Of a stretch of 60,266 bases of DNA, positions 18,694-30,148 are shown one piece after another. Location: positions 1 through 60,266 of the forward strand of contig CAYOSQ010000011.1 of the NCBI GenBank assembly GCA_964406665.1, read 5' to 3'. Below the pieces are notes generated by a model. The model was not told the origin of the DNA. It did not search any database and worked only from the letters and a program-made list of their open reading frames with translations. How positions within the stretch are numbered: position 1 is the first letter of the stretch; each line of letters begins with the position of its first letter. Made by a program: the position numbers and the translations under genes. This DNA comes from an uncultured Planctomycetia bacterium (lineage in GTDB: Bacteria; Omnitrophota; Gorgyraeia; VGKH01; JBHPFN01).

Positions 18694-20658
18694 ATGTTTA
18701 AGCTAAAGAGTAAATTCCAACCTTGCGGTGATCAACCCAAAGCTATTAAAGATCTAAGTTCCAGAGTGCAAGCAAGCAAAAGGTATTCTACCTTGCTTGG
18801 TGTCACAGGCAGTGGTAAAACATTCACGTTGGCAAATGTGATTAACCAAGTAAAAAAGCCCACATTAATAATATCTCATAATAAGACTTTGGCGGCACAG
18901 CTCTACAGTGAGTTTAAGGAATTCTTTCCTGAAAATGCGGTTGAGTATTTTGTTAGTTATTATGATTATTATCAACCCGAGGCTTACATTCCTCAGACGG
19001 ATACCTATATTGAAAAAGATGCATCTATTAATGACCGACTTGATAGATTGAGACTTTCTTCAACAAGTTCTTTAATGAGCAGACAGGATGTTATAATAGT
19101 TTCTTCAGTTTCTTGTATTTATAATTTAGGTTCACCTAAGGAGTATGAGGCTTTACTTGTTTTTTTTGAGGCTGGTCAAGAAGTATCAAGAGATGATGCA
19201 TTATTAAAACTTATTGAGATTCAGTATGAGAGGAATGACTTTGAGTTTATTCGGGGTAAAATTAGGGTAAGGGGGGATGTGCTTGAAATTTTTCCTTCCT
19301 ATAAAGAGACTGGGATCAGAGTTGAGTTTTATGGTGATAACATAGAAAAGATTGCCGAAATCGACCCAATTACAGGAAAGGTTTTGCAGAAGTTGGAGAA
19401 AATCGCAATTTATCCGGCAAAACATTTTATTATTTCACAGGACAAGATTACAACAGCTCTAAGTTTCATTGAGAGTGAATTAACCCAACATTTAAAGCTT
19501 TTAAGAAAGAATAATCAACTTCTTGAAGCCCAGAGGTTAGAATCCAGGACTAAATTTGATATGGAAATGCTTAAAGAAACAGGCTACTGTCATGGAGTGG
19601 AAAATTATTCCAGACATTTATCCGCAAGGCCGCCGGGTTCTCGACCATATTGTTTGATAGATTATTTTCCCAAAGACTTCTTGTGTATAATTGATGAATC
19701 TCATGTTACTAATCCTCAGATTCGTGGTATGTTTGAGGGAGATAAGGCTAGAAAAGAAGTATTGGTAAGGCATGGTTTTAGGTTACCTTCTTGCTTAGAT
19801 AACAGGCCGCTTAGATTTGATGAGCTTAATAAGCTTATTGAACAAACTATCTTTGTTTCGGCCACACCTGCAAGTTACGAACTAAAAAAGAGTACTGGAG
19901 ACGTGGTTGAGCAGGTCATTAGGCCTACCGGGCTTTTGGATCCTGAGGTAATTATAAAACCCACTGATGGTCAAGTTCAGGATTTAATTACACAAATTGA
20001 AGAGCGTTCCAAAAGAAAAGAACGTGTTTTGGTTACAACTTTAACAAAGCGCATGTCAGAAGACTTATCAAAATATTTGAAAGATGCAGGTCTTAAAGTT
20101 GAATATCTTCATTCAGACATCGAAACTATTGAGAGAATAAGAATTCTCAAAGAATTGCGCCAAAGGAAGTTTGATTGCTTGGTTGGAGTAAATCTTTTAA
20201 GAGAAGGATTAGACTTGCCTGAGGTATCATTAGTTGCTATATTGGATGCTGATAAGGAAGGATTTTTAAGATCGGCTACTTCGTTGATTCAGGTTGCAGG
20301 AAGAGCAGCAAGAAATATAAATGGAACGGTAATTATGTATGCTGAGCGAATTACAGATTCCATGAAAAAAGCCATTGCCGAAAGCAAGAGAAGGAGAAAG
20401 AAGCAGGCGGAGTTTAATAAAAATAATAATATTACACCTAGGTCTATTAAAAAAGCTATTAAAGATGGCATAGAGCAGCTGGAAGATTCCAAGGAGCTAT
20501 CTCGCGAAGTAACAGGTCAAGGAGAAGAACAATTTGAGTTAAATGAGATTATTTCACAGCTAGAGCATGAAATGGAGATAGCTGCTAAGAATCTCATGTT
20601 TGAGAAAGCCGCTGTTTTACGAGACAAAATACAAGAGCTTAAAGATTTAAAAAAATAA
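18694..20658 (+). CDS. uvrB: excinuclease ABC subunit B
   Basis: GVTGSGKT Walker A, DESH box, C-terminal UVR domain. Confidence 0.95.
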   Translation: MFKLKSKFQPCGDQPKAIKDLSSRVQASKRYSTLLGVTGSGKTFTLANVINQVKKPTLIISHNKTLAAQLYSEFKEFFPENAVEYFVSYYDYYQPEAYIPQTDTYIEKDASINDRLDRLRLSSTSSLMSRQDVIIVSSVSCIYNLGSPKEYEALLVFFEAGQEVSRDDALLKLIEIQYERNDFEFIRGKIRVRGDVLEIFPSYKETGIRVEFYGDNIEKIAEIDPITGKVLQKLEKIAIYPAKHFIISQDKITTALSFIESELTQHLKLLRKNNQLLEAQRLESRTKFDMEMLKETGYCHGVENYSRHLSARPPGSRPYCLIDYFPKDFLCIIDESHVTNPQIRGMFEGDKARKEVLVRHGFRLPSCLDNRPLRFDELNKLIEQTIFVSATPASYELKKSTGDVVEQVIRPTGLLDPEVIIKPTDGQVQDLITQIEERSKRKERVLVTTLTKRMSEDLSKYLKDAGLKVEYLHSDIETIERIRILKELRQRKFDCLVGVNLLREGLDLPEVSLVAILDADKEGFLRSATSLIQVAGRAARNINGTVIMYAERITDSMKKAIAESKRRRKKQAEFNKNNNITPRSIKKAIKDGIEQLEDSKELSREVTGQGEEQFELNEIISQLEHEMEIAAKNLMFEKAAVLRDKIQELKDLKK

Positions 20659-20675
20659 TTATTTAGGAGGTTGGA

Positions 20676-21422
20676 TTGATTTTAGCGATTGATATAGGCA
20701 ATACAAAAATTGTCTGTGGTATATTTAGAGGAAAAACTTTAATAAAAACATTTAGTTTTTCTTCAAAAATAAAGAAAATAAGCTACCGTTCTAAATTTCA
20801 TCTTTTTTTAAAAGGTTATAATATAGATAGTATTGTTATTTCTAGTGTTGTTCCTGATGTAACCAAAAATGTTGAAGCGGTTTTTAAGAAAACAAAAGCA
20901 AAGGTTTTTGTTGTGGGGAAAAATATGAAGGTTCCTATAAAAAACCTTTATAGAAAACCTAAGCAGGTGGGAAAAGATCGTTTGGTTGGTGCTTATGCAG
21001 CATATTTATTTTATGGTGCACCGTTAATTGTTGTTGATTTTGGTACTGCGACAACATTTGATGTTGTGACAAAACAAGGTAATTATGCTGGTGGTATCAT
21101 CGCTCCCGGAATAGGTATATCAATTGAATCATTATTCAATAAAGCTGCTCTTTTGCCTTGGGTGGAGATGAAAAAACCAAAAAACCTTGTTGGAAAAGAT
21201 ACTGTTGAAAGTCTAAGAAGTGGACTTTTTTATGGTTTTATAAGTTTATGTGATGGAATCATTGCAAAGTTAAAAAAGGACGTTAAGGGTAATCCTAAGG
21301 TTATTGCAACAGGCGGTTATTCAAAGCTTCTGTCAAAATTCTGCAAGAGAATAGATGTAGTTGAGCCAACCTTAATTCTAAGAGGGTTGAATCTTTTAGT
21401 GTCCCAATCTGTTAAAAAATAA
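20676..21422 (+). CDS. coaX: type III pantothenate kinase
   Basis: ILAIDIGNT start and the VDFGTATTFD motif; TTG start. Confidence 0.88.
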   Translation: MILAIDIGNTKIVCGIFRGKTLIKTFSFSSKIKKISYRSKFHLFLKGYNIDSIVISSVVPDVTKNVEAVFKKTKAKVFVVGKNMKVPIKNLYRKPKQVGKDRLVGAYAAYLFYGAPLIVVDFGTATTFDVVTKQGNYAGGIIAPGIGISIESLFNKAALLPWVEMKKPKNLVGKDTVESLRSGLFYGFISLCDGIIAKLKKDVKGNPKVIATGGYSKLLSKFCKRIDVVEPTLILRGLNLLVSQSVKK

Positions 21423-21438
21423 TTCTATTAAAAAACAC

Positions 21439-21467
21439 TTGACAGGAAATGAGCTTTGTTGTATGAT
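21439..21467 (+). promoter_or_regulatory. sigma-70-type promoter of groESL
   Basis: TTGACA (21439-21444), 17-nt spacer, TATGAT (21462-21467). Confidence 0.75.
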
Positions 21468-21493
21468 TAGCACTCATTCAAAATGAGTGCTAA
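21467..21493 (+). promoter_or_regulatory. CIRCE operator (HrcA binding site)
   Basis: TTAGCACTC-N9-GAGTGCTAA is a perfect match to the CIRCE consensus. It overlaps the -10 box, 25 nt upstream of groES. Confidence 0.92.
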
Positions 21494-21517
21494 TAAAAAA
21501 AGAGGAGGTGGAGTTGC

Positions 21518-21811
21518 ATGAGCATTCAACCATTAGGTGATCGTATTTTGATAAAGCCTTTAGAAGCTGAAGAAACAACTAAAGGTGGTATTGTTTTACC
21601 AGATACTGTTAAAGAGAAACCACAGGAAGGTAAGGTAGTTGCTGTGGGTTCTGGAAAAGTATCTGATGGCGGCAAGGTTCAGCCAGTTTCAGTAAAAGTT
21701 GGTGAAGTGGTATTGTACGGAAAATATTCAGGAACTGAAGTTACTTCTAAAGATGGAGAAGAACTTTTAATAGTTAGAGAAGAAGATATATTGGCAATTA
21801 TTAAGAAGTAA
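21518..21811 (+). CDS. groES: co-chaperonin GroES
   Basis: Canonical GroES sequence; 97 aa. Confidence 0.96.
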   Translation: MSIQPLGDRILIKPLEAEETTKGGIVLPDTVKEKPQEGKVVAVGSGKVSDGGKVQPVSVKVGEVVLYGKYSGTEVTSKDGEELLIVREEDILAIIKK

Positions 21812-21835
21812 GTAAGTTTTTAAAGGAGGTTAAAT

Positions 21836-23482
21836 ATGGCGAAGCAGTTAGTGTTTCAGGATGAAGCCAGGAGAAAAATACTTAGCGGTGTTGAACAACT
21901 TTCAAAGGCCGTCAAAGTAACTCTTGGTCCAAAGGGAAGAAATGTTGTTATAGATAAGAAGTTTGGCTCACCTACTATTACAAAAGACGGTGTTACAGTT
22001 GCAAAAGAGATTGATTTAGAGGATGCCTATGAAAACATGGGCGCTCAGATGGTAAAGGAAGTTTCTGAGAAAACATCTGATAATGCCGGCGATGGTACTA
22101 CTACAGCAACGATTTTAGCTGAAGCGATATATCGCGAAGGTTTAAAAAACGTTACTGCTGGTGCTAATCCCATGGCTCTTAAAAGAGGTGTTGAGCAGGC
22201 AGTTGTAAAGGTTATTGAGGATTTAGAAAAACTTTCCAAGCCAATTAAAGAAAAAAAAGAAGTTGCTCAGGTTGGATCAATTGCAGCTAATTCTGATGAG
22301 ACGATTGGTAATTTGATTTCAGAAGCTATGGAAAAAGTAGGAAAAGACGGTGTTATTACCGTTGAAGAAGCAAAATCCATGGCAACTACATTAGATGTTG
22401 TTGAAGGTATGCAGTTTGATCAGGGATATCTTTCTCCATATTTCTCTACAGATGCTGAAAGAATGGAATGTACCTTAGAAGATGTCTACATTTTGATTTA
22501 CGAGAAGAAAATATCTAATTTAAAAGATATACTTCCTCTTTTGGAAAAAATTGCTAAAACAAGTAAGCCAATTTTGTTCATTACCGAAGAAGTTGAGGGT
22601 GAAGCGTTAGCAACTTTAGTTGTTAATAAAATTAGAGGGACACTTACTTGTTGTGCTGTTAAGGCTCCTGGTTACGGCGATAGACGTAAAGCTATGCTTG
22701 ATGATATTGCTGTGCTTACAGGTGGCAAGGCAATTACCGAAGATTTAGGTTTAAAGCTGGAAAGTATTGACCTAGATGATCTCGGTCGGGCCAAAAAAGT
22801 AAAGATTGATAAAGAAAATACCACTATCGTTGAAGGTGCAGGAAAAACAAATGCTATCAACGGTAGAATAGCTCAGATCAGAAAACAGATTGAAGATTCA
22901 GATTCTGATTATGACAGAGAAAAACTTCAAGAAAGGCTTGCTAAGCTTTCAGGCGGAGTTGCTGTAATTAACGTTGGCGCTGCTACTGAAACAGAAATGA
23001 AGGAGAAGAAAGCAAGAGTAGAAGATGCTCTTCATGCAACTAGAGCTGCTGTTGAAGAAGGTATTATTCCTGGCGGTGGAGTTGGCTTGATTCGTGCAAT
23101 TTCATCTCTGGAAAAAATGAAATTAGGAAATGAAGATGAGCAGACCGGTGTTGATATTGTAAGACGCGCTCTTCAAGAACCTATAAGACAATTGGCTGAA
23201 AATGCCGGCTTAGAAGGTTCTGTTGTGGTTCAAAATGTAATGAAAGAGAAATCAACCGTAGGATACGATGTAAATCAAGATAAATATGTTGATTTAATCG
23301 ATGCCGGAGTAGTTGACCCTACCAAAGTTACTAGAACCGCTTTGCAGAATGCTTCAAGCATTGCTTCTCTTATGCTTACAACAGAGGCTTTAATTACTGA
23401 TAAGCCTGAGCAAGATAAAGGTCCTGCAATGCCTCCTATGCCACCTGGTGGCATGGGTGGTATGGGCGGTGGAATGTATTAA
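21836..23482 (+). CDS. groEL: chaperonin GroEL
   Basis: Canonical GroEL sequence with a GGM-repeat tail. Confidence 0.97.
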   Translation: MAKQLVFQDEARRKILSGVEQLSKAVKVTLGPKGRNVVIDKKFGSPTITKDGVTVAKEIDLEDAYENMGAQMVKEVSEKTSDNAGDGTTTATILAEAIYREGLKNVTAGANPMALKRGVEQAVVKVIEDLEKLSKPIKEKKEVAQVGSIAANSDETIGNLISEAMEKVGKDGVITVEEAKSMATTLDVVEGMQFDQGYLSPYFSTDAERMECTLEDVYILIYEKKISNLKDILPLLEKIAKTSKPILFITEEVEGEALATLVVNKIRGTLTCCAVKAPGYGDRRKAMLDDIAVLTGGKAITEDLGLKLESIDLDDLGRAKKVKIDKENTTIVEGAGKTNAINGRIAQIRKQIEDSDSDYDREKLQERLAKLSGGVAVINVGAATETEMKEKKARVEDALHATRAAVEEGIIPGGGVGLIRAISSLEKMKLGNEDEQTGVDIVRRALQEPIRQLAENAGLEGSVVVQNVMKEKSTVGYDVNQDKYVDLIDAGVVDPTKVTRTALQNASSIASLMLTTEALITDKPEQDKGPAMPPMPPGGMGGMGGGMY

Positions 23483-23515
23483 TATTGCCGCTAGGCAGCT
23501 AATCATTAAACACTA

Positions 23516-23555
23516 TAGCCCCTTACAAAATCATGTAAGGGGCTATTAATTATTT
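23516..23555 (+). terminator. probable intrinsic terminator after groEL
   Basis: 10-bp stem TAGCCCCTTA (23516-25) / TAAGGGGCTA (23536-45) with a 10-nt loop, followed by the T-rich TTAATTATTT. Confidence 0.6.
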
Positions 23556-23567
23556 GTGATAATCCTA

Positions 23568-23595
23568 TTGACAATATTAATGTTTACCTTATAAT
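23568..23595 (+). promoter_or_regulatory. sigma-70-type promoter of the IMPDH-family/guaA pair
   Basis: TTGACA (23568-73), 16-nt spacer, TATAAT (23590-95). Confidence 0.7.
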
Positions 23596-23621
23596 ATAGA
23601 AACATTAAAAAGGAGAGGTAA

Positions 23622-24782
23622 ATGGCAGAATGGATAGGCATAGGTAGACGCGCAAGGCGTTGTTATGGTTTTGATGAAGTTGCTCTTGTCCCAGGTAGAG
23701 AGACGATAAACCCCGCCGAAGTTGATACAAGCTGGAAAATTGCAGGTAAAAAATTTAGAGTGCCCATAATGGCTGCAGCTATGGATGGTGTTGTGGATGT
23801 GAAATTTGCCATAGAAATGGGCAAATTGGGCGGTCTGGCAGTATTAAATTTAGATGGTGTCCAAACTCGTTATGATAATCCTTCTGAAGTATTAAACAAA
23901 ATTTCTAAGGCGACTCCTGAAGAAGCAACAAAACTAGTTCAAAGTGTTTATGTTAAGCCAATTAAAGAAAAACTTATTGCCGAAAGAGTAAAACAGATAA
24001 AGGCTAAAAAAGTTCCTGCTGCAGTAAGTTGTATTCCTTCAAATGCTGAAAGATTTTCTCAGATCGCACGTGAAGCAGGTTGCGATTTTTTTGTTGTACA
24101 ATCTACAGTTACTACTGCAAAGCACATTGCCAAAGAATATAAATCTCTTGATTTGTTTAAGTTTTGCAAGAAGGCAAAGCTTCCTATTATTGTCGGTAAT
24201 TGCGTTACTTATGATGTTACTTTAGAGTTGATGGAAACAGGTGTAGCTGGTCTTTTGATAGGTATTGGTCCCGGTGCTGCATGTACCACTAGAGGTGTTT
24301 TAGGTATCGGCGTTCCCCAAGTTACTTCAACTGTTGATGCAGCAGCTGCAAGAGATCATTATCATAAAAAGACAGGAAAATATGTTTCCATCATAACTGA
24401 TGGTGGCATGCAGTCTGGCGGAGATGTCTGCAAGGCTTTTGCGTCTGGAGCAGATGCTGTTATGGTTGGTTCTTCTTTTGCCAGAGCAAAGGAAGCTCCT
24501 GGTAGAGGATATCATTGGGGTATGGCAACGTCACATATGAATTTACCCAGAGGTACCAGGATACGTGTTAACACTACGGGTACTCTTGAAGAAATTCTTT
24601 TTGGACCTGCAAAAGTTGATGACGGTTCTCAGAACTTAGTTGGTGCCCTAGCTACTTCCATGGGTTCTTTAGGGTCTAGAAATATTCAAGAGATGCATGA
24701 TGTGGAAATGATTATTGCACCTTCGATAAAAACAGAGGGTAAAATTTTACAAACAGTTCAAAGAGTTGGGATGGGTAAATAA
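23622..24782 (+). CDS. IMP dehydrogenase family protein, short CBS-less (GuaB3-like) form
   Basis: IMPDH TIM-barrel with the catalytic-loop Cys ([11 protein letters not shown]). At 386 aa there is no room for the Bateman/CBS pair. The stop overlaps the guaA start (TAATG). Confidence 0.8.
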   Translation: MAEWIGIGRRARRCYGFDEVALVPGRETINPAEVDTSWKIAGKKFRVPIMAAAMDGVVDVKFAIEMGKLGGLAVLNLDGVQTRYDNPSEVLNKISKATPEEATKLVQSVYVKPIKEKLIAERVKQIKAKKVPAAVSCIPSNAERFSQIAREAGCDFFVVQSTVTTAKHIAKEYKSLDLFKFCKKAKLPIIVGNCVTYDVTLELMETGVAGLLIGIGPGAACTTRGVLGIGVPQVTSTVDAAAARDHYHKKTGKYVSIITDGGMQSGGDVCKAFASGADAVMVGSSFARAKEAPGRGYHWGMATSHMNLPRGTRIRVNTTGTLEEILFGPAKVDDGSQNLVGALATSMGSLGSRNIQEMHDVEMIIAPSIKTEGKILQTVQRVGMGK

Positions 24783-26326
24783 TGCGTCCAAAAAACATAA
24801 TTTTGATATTAGATTTTGGTTCACAGTATACACAGTTAATTGCTCGTAGAGTACGGGAAAATAAAGTTTTTAGTCAGATAGTACCTTACAATATTTCTGC
24901 AAGAGAAATAGAGAAGATAAATCCTAAGGGTTTGATTCTCTCCGGTGGTCCGGCAAGTGTATACGATAAGAAGAGTCCTATTCCTGAAAAAGCTATTTTT
25001 AAATTGGGAATTCCTATTCTAGGTATTTGTTATGGAATGCAGGTTATTACTCATATATTTCAGGGAAAGGTTAAGCAGACTAAAGAAAGAGAGTATGGTA
25101 GGGCTGAGCTTTTTATAGATAGCCATAAAGATTTATTTTCAAACTTGCCTTCTAACCTCACTTGTTGGATGAGTCACGGAGACTGTCTCAAAAAACTTCC
25201 AGCTGGTTTTGTAAGAATTGCACATACCCTCAATTCTCCTATTGCCGCAATTGCAAATAGACATAGAAAGATTTTTGGAGTACAGTTTCATCCTGAGGTA
25301 GCTCATACCCAAAGGGGTAATCAGGTATTGATGAACTTCTTGTTTACAATATGTAAATGTTTCCCTCGTTGGACTATGCAATCTTTTATCCAGGATTCGA
25401 TAAAAAATATTAAAGAACAGGTTGGGGATAAAAGAGTTGTCTGTGGTTTAAGCGGAGGAGTGGATTCTTCAGTAACTGCTGTTTTAATACATAAGGCTAT
25501 AAAGAATCAACTAAAATGTATTTTTATCGATAACGGGGTTCTGCGAAAAAATGAAGCTTTGTCAGTTAAGCGAACATTCAGAGGAAATTTTCATATTCCT
25601 CTAGTTTGCGTTGATGCTTCTAGGAGATTTTTGACCAAGTTAAAGGAAGTTGTTGACCCTGAAGAAAAGAGAAAGGTCATCGGTGCCGAGTTTATAAAAG
25701 CATTTGAACTTGAGGCTGCTAAGGTAAGAAAGGTTAAGTTTTTAGCTCAAGGGACTCTTTATCCTGATGTTATCGAATCAATTTCAGTGACTGGTTCACC
25801 TACAGCAAAGATTAAGAGCCATCATAATGTGGGAGGGCTTCCTAAAAAACTCAAACTTCAACTTATTGAACCTTTGAGAGATTTATTTAAAGATGAAGTT
25901 AGGCAAATAGGAAAAGAACTTGAAATTCCTGATCATATCTTGCAGCGACAACCTTTTCCTGGTCCTGGTCTAGCAATTCGCATTATCGGAGATATCACCA
26001 AAGAACGTTTAGAGATTTTAAAAGAAGCTGACGAAAGAGTTTTAGAGGAAATCAAGAGAGCCGGGCTTTATGAAGAAATCTGGCAAGCTTTTGCTGTATT
26101 GTTGCCCATTAAGACAGTTGGCATTATGGGAGATAAGCGCTCTTATGAAAATGTAGTTGCCCTTCGCTGCGTTACTAGCAGAGATGGCATGACTGCGGAT
26201 TGGGCAAAAATACCAAATGATATATTAGAAAAAATCTCTAGCCGCATCATTAACGAAGTAAAAGGTGTAAATAGAGTAGTTTACGATATAAGCTCCAAGC
26301 CCCCTGCCACGATCGAGTGGGAGTAA
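24782..26326 (+). CDS. guaA: GMP synthase (glutamine-hydrolysing)
   Basis: GATase domain (GICYGMQ), ATP-PPase motif SGGVDSS, C-terminal IEWE. Confidence 0.95.
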   Translation: MRPKNIILILDFGSQYTQLIARRVRENKVFSQIVPYNISAREIEKINPKGLILSGGPASVYDKKSPIPEKAIFKLGIPILGICYGMQVITHIFQGKVKQTKEREYGRAELFIDSHKDLFSNLPSNLTCWMSHGDCLKKLPAGFVRIAHTLNSPIAAIANRHRKIFGVQFHPEVAHTQRGNQVLMNFLFTICKCFPRWTMQSFIQDSIKNIKEQVGDKRVVCGLSGGVDSSVTAVLIHKAIKNQLKCIFIDNGVLRKNEALSVKRTFRGNFHIPLVCVDASRRFLTKLKEVVDPEEKRKVIGAEFIKAFELEAAKVRKVKFLAQGTLYPDVIESISVTGSPTAKIKSHHNVGGLPKKLKLQLIEPLRDLFKDEVRQIGKELEIPDHILQRQPFPGPGLAIRIIGDITKERLEILKEADERVLEEIKRAGLYEEIWQAFAVLLPIKTVGIMGDKRSYENVVALRCVTSRDGMTADWAKIPNDILEKISSRIINEVKGVNRVVYDISSKPPATIEWE

Positions 26327-26333
26327 TTTTACA

Positions 26334-29300
26334 ATGTTGTCACATTCCGATTTTGTGCACCTTCACGTGCACAGCCAATATAGTTTATTAGATGGCGCAT
26401 GTCGCATTAAAGATTTATGCGCAACTGCAAGTCAGCAAAAAATGCCCGCCTTGGCAATTACCGACCACGGTAATCTTTTCGGTGCCATAGAATTCTATCA
26501 AACCGCCGTTAAATATGGAGTTAAACCGATAATTGGTTGCGAGATGTATATTGCACCAGAAAGTCGGTTTAATAAATCTCCAGGAATTAATCGACAGCCA
26601 AATTTTCATATAGTAATTTTGGCTAAAGATGAAACTGGCTACAAAAATTTACTTAAGCTGGTTTCTGCTGGATACCTGGAAGGTTTTTACTATAAACCAA
26701 GAATCGATAAGGATATTCTGGCTCAGCATTCAAAGGGTTTGCTGGGATTAAGCGCTTGTCTTAAAGGTGAAATTTCATGGTTAATTCAAGCGGAACAAAT
26801 GAAAGAAGCTGTAAAGGCAGCAGATGATTATGCTCAGATATTTGGTAAGGATAATTTCTATTTAGAAATTCAGGATAATTTTATTCCTGAGCAACGCACA
26901 ACCAGAAAAGCTTTGCTAAAAATTTCCAAAGATTTGGGACTTCCTTTGGTTGCTACCAATGACGTTCATTATTTGACTAAAGATATGGCAAAGTCTCATG
27001 AAGCACTTCTGTGCATCCAAACTCAGACTACTTTAGATGACCCTAACCATATGCGCTTACAGACCGAGGAATTTTATCTTAAGACTGCTGATGAAATGAA
27101 GGAATTGTTTAAAGAAATTCCTGAGGCAATAAAGAATACAATAAAAATAGCTGAAAAATGTAATTTAGAGCTTAGCTTTGGTGAAACTCATCTGCCACAT
27201 TATAGTCTTCCTCCAGGAAAAACCCAGGAACAGCTTTTGATAGAACTGTGCGATAAAGGTCTGGGTGGAAGGTATTCTAGCGTTACAGATGAGATCAAGG
27301 AAAGATTAAGACATGAGCTGAAGATCATTAAGCAGATGGGTTTTACCAGTTACTTTTTAATCGTCTGGGATTTTATCCGCTATGCTAAAGAGCATAATAT
27401 TCCCGTAGGTCCTGGCAGGGGTTCTGCAGCTGGTAGCTTGGTAAGTTATTTATTAGGAATAACAGATATTGATCCGCTGAAATATGGGCTGATCTTTGAA
27501 AGATTCCTTAATCCTGAGAGGCTAGGGCTTCCTGATATTGATATTGATTTTTGCTATGAGCGTCGACCGGAAGTAATCGAATATGTTACTGAAAAATTCG
27601 GAAAAGGAAATGTTGCTCAGATAATGACCTTTGGAACTATGCAGGCTCGTGCTGCTATCAGAGATGTTGGAAGAGTAATGAATGTTCCTTATGCTGATGT
27701 TGATAGAATTGCTAAGATGATTCCTCCCGAACCCAATATAAAGTTAAGTGAGGCATTAAAGATAGAGCCTAAATTAAATGATCTGGCTAAAAGCGACCCT
27801 AAGGTAAGACAGATAATTGATACTGCTCAGCACCTTGAGGGGCTCACCCGTCATGCCTCTGTTCATGCTGCAGGAGTTGTTATTTCTGACGAGCCGCTTA
27901 CTAATTATTTGCCATTGTTTAAAACATCTGACGATCAAATTACTACCGGATGTGATATGAATTCTTTGGCAAAGATTGGATTGTTAAAGATGGACTTTTT
28001 GGGCCTTAGGACTCTTACGGTAATTAGTCAGACTTTAGAAATTATAAAAGATACTCAAGGTAAAGAAATTAGAATAGAGGATTTATCTTTGGAGGATAAT
28101 AAAACTTTTGAACTTTTAAGCGCTGCTAAAACTATGGGCGTTTTTCAGTTGGAAAGTGCTGGTATGCGCGAACTCTTAAAAAAGTTAAATCCAAGCAAGT
28201 TCGAGGAGTTGATAGCTCTTTTGGCATTATATAGACCTGGTCCTATAGGAAGTGGCATGCTTGATGATTTTATAAATAGGAAAAAAGGTATTACTCCTAT
28301 TCGTTACGACCATCCTAAATTAGAGCCAATTTTAAAAGAGACATACGGAATTATTGTTTTTCAAGAACAGGTTATGCAGATTCCATCCCAACTTGCAGGT
28401 TTTAGCATGACTCAGTCGGACCATTTAAGAAGAGCTATGAGTAAAAAGATTCCGGAGGTAATGGAACAGCAAAGAAAGGCTTTTGCCGACGGCTGTGCAA
28501 AAAATGATATTTCTAAAGGTTTGGCTGAGCGGATATTTGATCTTATAGAATATTTTTCTGGATATGGATTTAACAGAAGTCATTCTGCTGCATACGCAAT
28601 GATTTCTTATCGGACTGCATATCTTAAGGCAAATTATCCTATTGAATTTATGTGTGCATTGTTGACTTCAGAAAAAGATAATACCGATAAGGTTGTTGAA
28701 TATGTTAATGAATCTGAAAAGATGGGTATCGAAGTTTTGCCCCCTAACGTTAATCAGGGTTTTTCTAGATTTAAGGTTATTGATGCAAAGACTATTTCTT
28801 ACGGTTTATTAGCTGTTAAAAATGTTGGTTCGACAGCGATAGATTCGATTGTACGGGTAAGAAAATCCGGTAATTTTACTTCTCTGTTTGATTTTTGTGA
28901 AAGAGTAGATTTGCGCTTGGCAAATAGGAAGGTTATTGAAAGTTTGATTAAATGCGGCGCTTTTGATTTTCTTGGATTACACAGGTCTCAATTGATGGCA
29001 ATTTTGGATTCTGCGATTGATTCTGGAAATAGATTTCAGAAAGAAAGAAGCAGGGGGCAGATTTCTCTTTTCGACACCACTGAAGAATTTAACGGTTTTA
29101 AGAGAAAGCTTGAGGATGTACCTCGGATAAAAGAATGGCCAGAGCCGCAAATATTGGCTTTTGAAAAAGAAATATTAGGTTTATATGTAACTGGTCATCC
29201 TTTGGCAAGGTATGAAACCCAGGTCAGGAAGTTTTCTTCTGTAAATGTAGATAGCATTCCTCAATGTTATGAGGGACAAGAGGTTAAGATGGCTGGTCTT

Positions 29301-29771
29301 TTGGTTAAGGTAAAGCATCTAACAACAAGAAGAACTAACGAGAGAATGGCTATTGCTAAACTTGAAGACTTAAACGGAATAGTGGAAATATTAGTATTTC
29401 CTAAAACTTTTCAGCTTGTTGAAAAGTATGTTAAGCCTAACATGGTTGTTTTTGTTAAAGGAAAAGCTAATTTAAGAGAAGACATTCCTAAAATAGTTGT
29501 TGATGATATTGTTTTTATTGACGAGGTTTATAAGTCTGTATCAGCTATAAGGATAGAGCTTTCTGGAGTAAAAGAAGGGTTGCTCAGAGTTCTTAAGGAA
29601 AAACTAGCTGATTATCCTGGGAAAGTCCCTGTTTATTTAGATTTAGATACAAGTGATTCCAGAAGAATTCAACTTGTTGTGGGTGAAGAGTTTTTTGTGC
29701 AGCCTAATGAGGCATTAGTGCAGGATTTAGAGAAAATTGTTGGGGCGGAGAAGTTTTCCTTGACACTGTAA
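26334..29771 (+). CDS. dnaE: DNA polymerase III alpha subunit
   Basis: PHP domain (HLHVHSQYSLLDG), polymerase core and OB fold; 1145 aa. Confidence 0.95.
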   Translation: MLSHSDFVHLHVHSQYSLLDGACRIKDLCATASQQKMPALAITDHGNLFGAIEFYQTAVKYGVKPIIGCEMYIAPESRFNKSPGINRQPNFHIVILAKDETGYKNLLKLVSAGYLEGFYYKPRIDKDILAQHSKGLLGLSACLKGEISWLIQAEQMKEAVKAADDYAQIFGKDNFYLEIQDNFIPEQRTTRKALLKISKDLGLPLVATNDVHYLTKDMAKSHEALLCIQTQTTLDDPNHMRLQTEEFYLKTADEMKELFKEIPEAIKNTIKIAEKCNLELSFGETHLPHYSLPPGKTQEQLLIELCDKGLGGRYSSVTDEIKERLRHELKIIKQMGFTSYFLIVWDFIRYAKEHNIPVGPGRGSAAGSLVSYLLGITDIDPLKYGLIFERFLNPERLGLPDIDIDFCYERRPEVIEYVTEKFGKGNVAQIMTFGTMQARAAIRDVGRVMNVPYADVDRIAKMIPPEPNIKLSEALKIEPKLNDLAKSDPKVRQIIDTAQHLEGLTRHASVHAAGVVISDEPLTNYLPLFKTSDDQITTGCDMNSLAKIGLLKMDFLGLRTLTVISQTLEIIKDTQGKEIRIEDLSLEDNKTFELLSAAKTMGVFQLESAGMRELLKKLNPSKFEELIALLALYRPGPIGSGMLDDFINRKKGITPIRYDHPKLEPILKETYGIIVFQEQVMQIPSQLAGFSMTQSDHLRRAMSKKIPEVMEQQRKAFADGCAKNDISKGLAERIFDLIEYFSGYGFNRSHSAAYAMISYRTAYLKANYPIEFMCALLTSEKDNTDKVVEYVNESEKMGIEVLPPNVNQGFSRFKVIDAKTISYGLLAVKNVGSTAIDSIVRVRKSGNFTSLFDFCERVDLRLANRKVIESLIKCGAFDFLGLHRSQLMAILDSAIDSGNRFQKERSRGQISLFDTTEEFNGFKRKLEDVPRIKEWPEPQILAFEKEILGLYVTGHPLARYETQVRKFSSVNVDSIPQCYEGQEVKMAGLLVKVKHLTTRRTNERMAIAKLEDLNGIVEILVFPKTFQLVEKYVKPNMVVFVKGKANLREDIPKIVVDDIVFIDEVYKSVSAIRIELSGVKEGLLRVLKEKLADYPGKVPVYLDLDTSDSRRIQLVVGEEFFVQPNEALVQDLEKIVGAEKFSLTL

Positions 29772-29814
29772 GTTTATGTTGGTATTATATTTATACATTT
29801 AAGGAGGTGCCTCG

Positions 29815-30087
29815 ATGACAAAAAAAGACATAGTCTTGAAGATTTCTGATGAAACAGGCATTAAGCAGGTAGATGTTAAGAAAGTTGTTCAGAAGACATT
29901 CGATCAAATCGTTGATAGCCTCGTTCGTTCAGAAAAGGTTGAGCTGCGTAACTTTGGAGTGTTTAAGGTAAAAGAAAGGAAGGCGCGAACAGGAAGAAAT
30001 CCTCGCACCGGACAGACCGTACCAGTTCCACCTAGAAAAGTAGCAGTCTTCAAGCCTGGCTTAGAGATGAAGAAGAAAATCGTATAA
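29815..30087 (+). CDS. HU/IHF-family DNA-binding protein
   Basis: The 90-aa protein carries the R.GRNP.TG arm motif. Confidence 0.9.
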   Translation: MTKKDIVLKISDETGIKQVDVKKVVQKTFDQIVDSLVRSEKVELRNFGVFKVKERKARTGRNPRTGQTVPVPPRKVAVFKPGLEMKKKIV

Positions 30088-30148
30088 TTATCTTCTTAAT
30101 TAATTGTTTAGAAAAATAACTGTAACTATTAGTAAATAAATAAGTATG

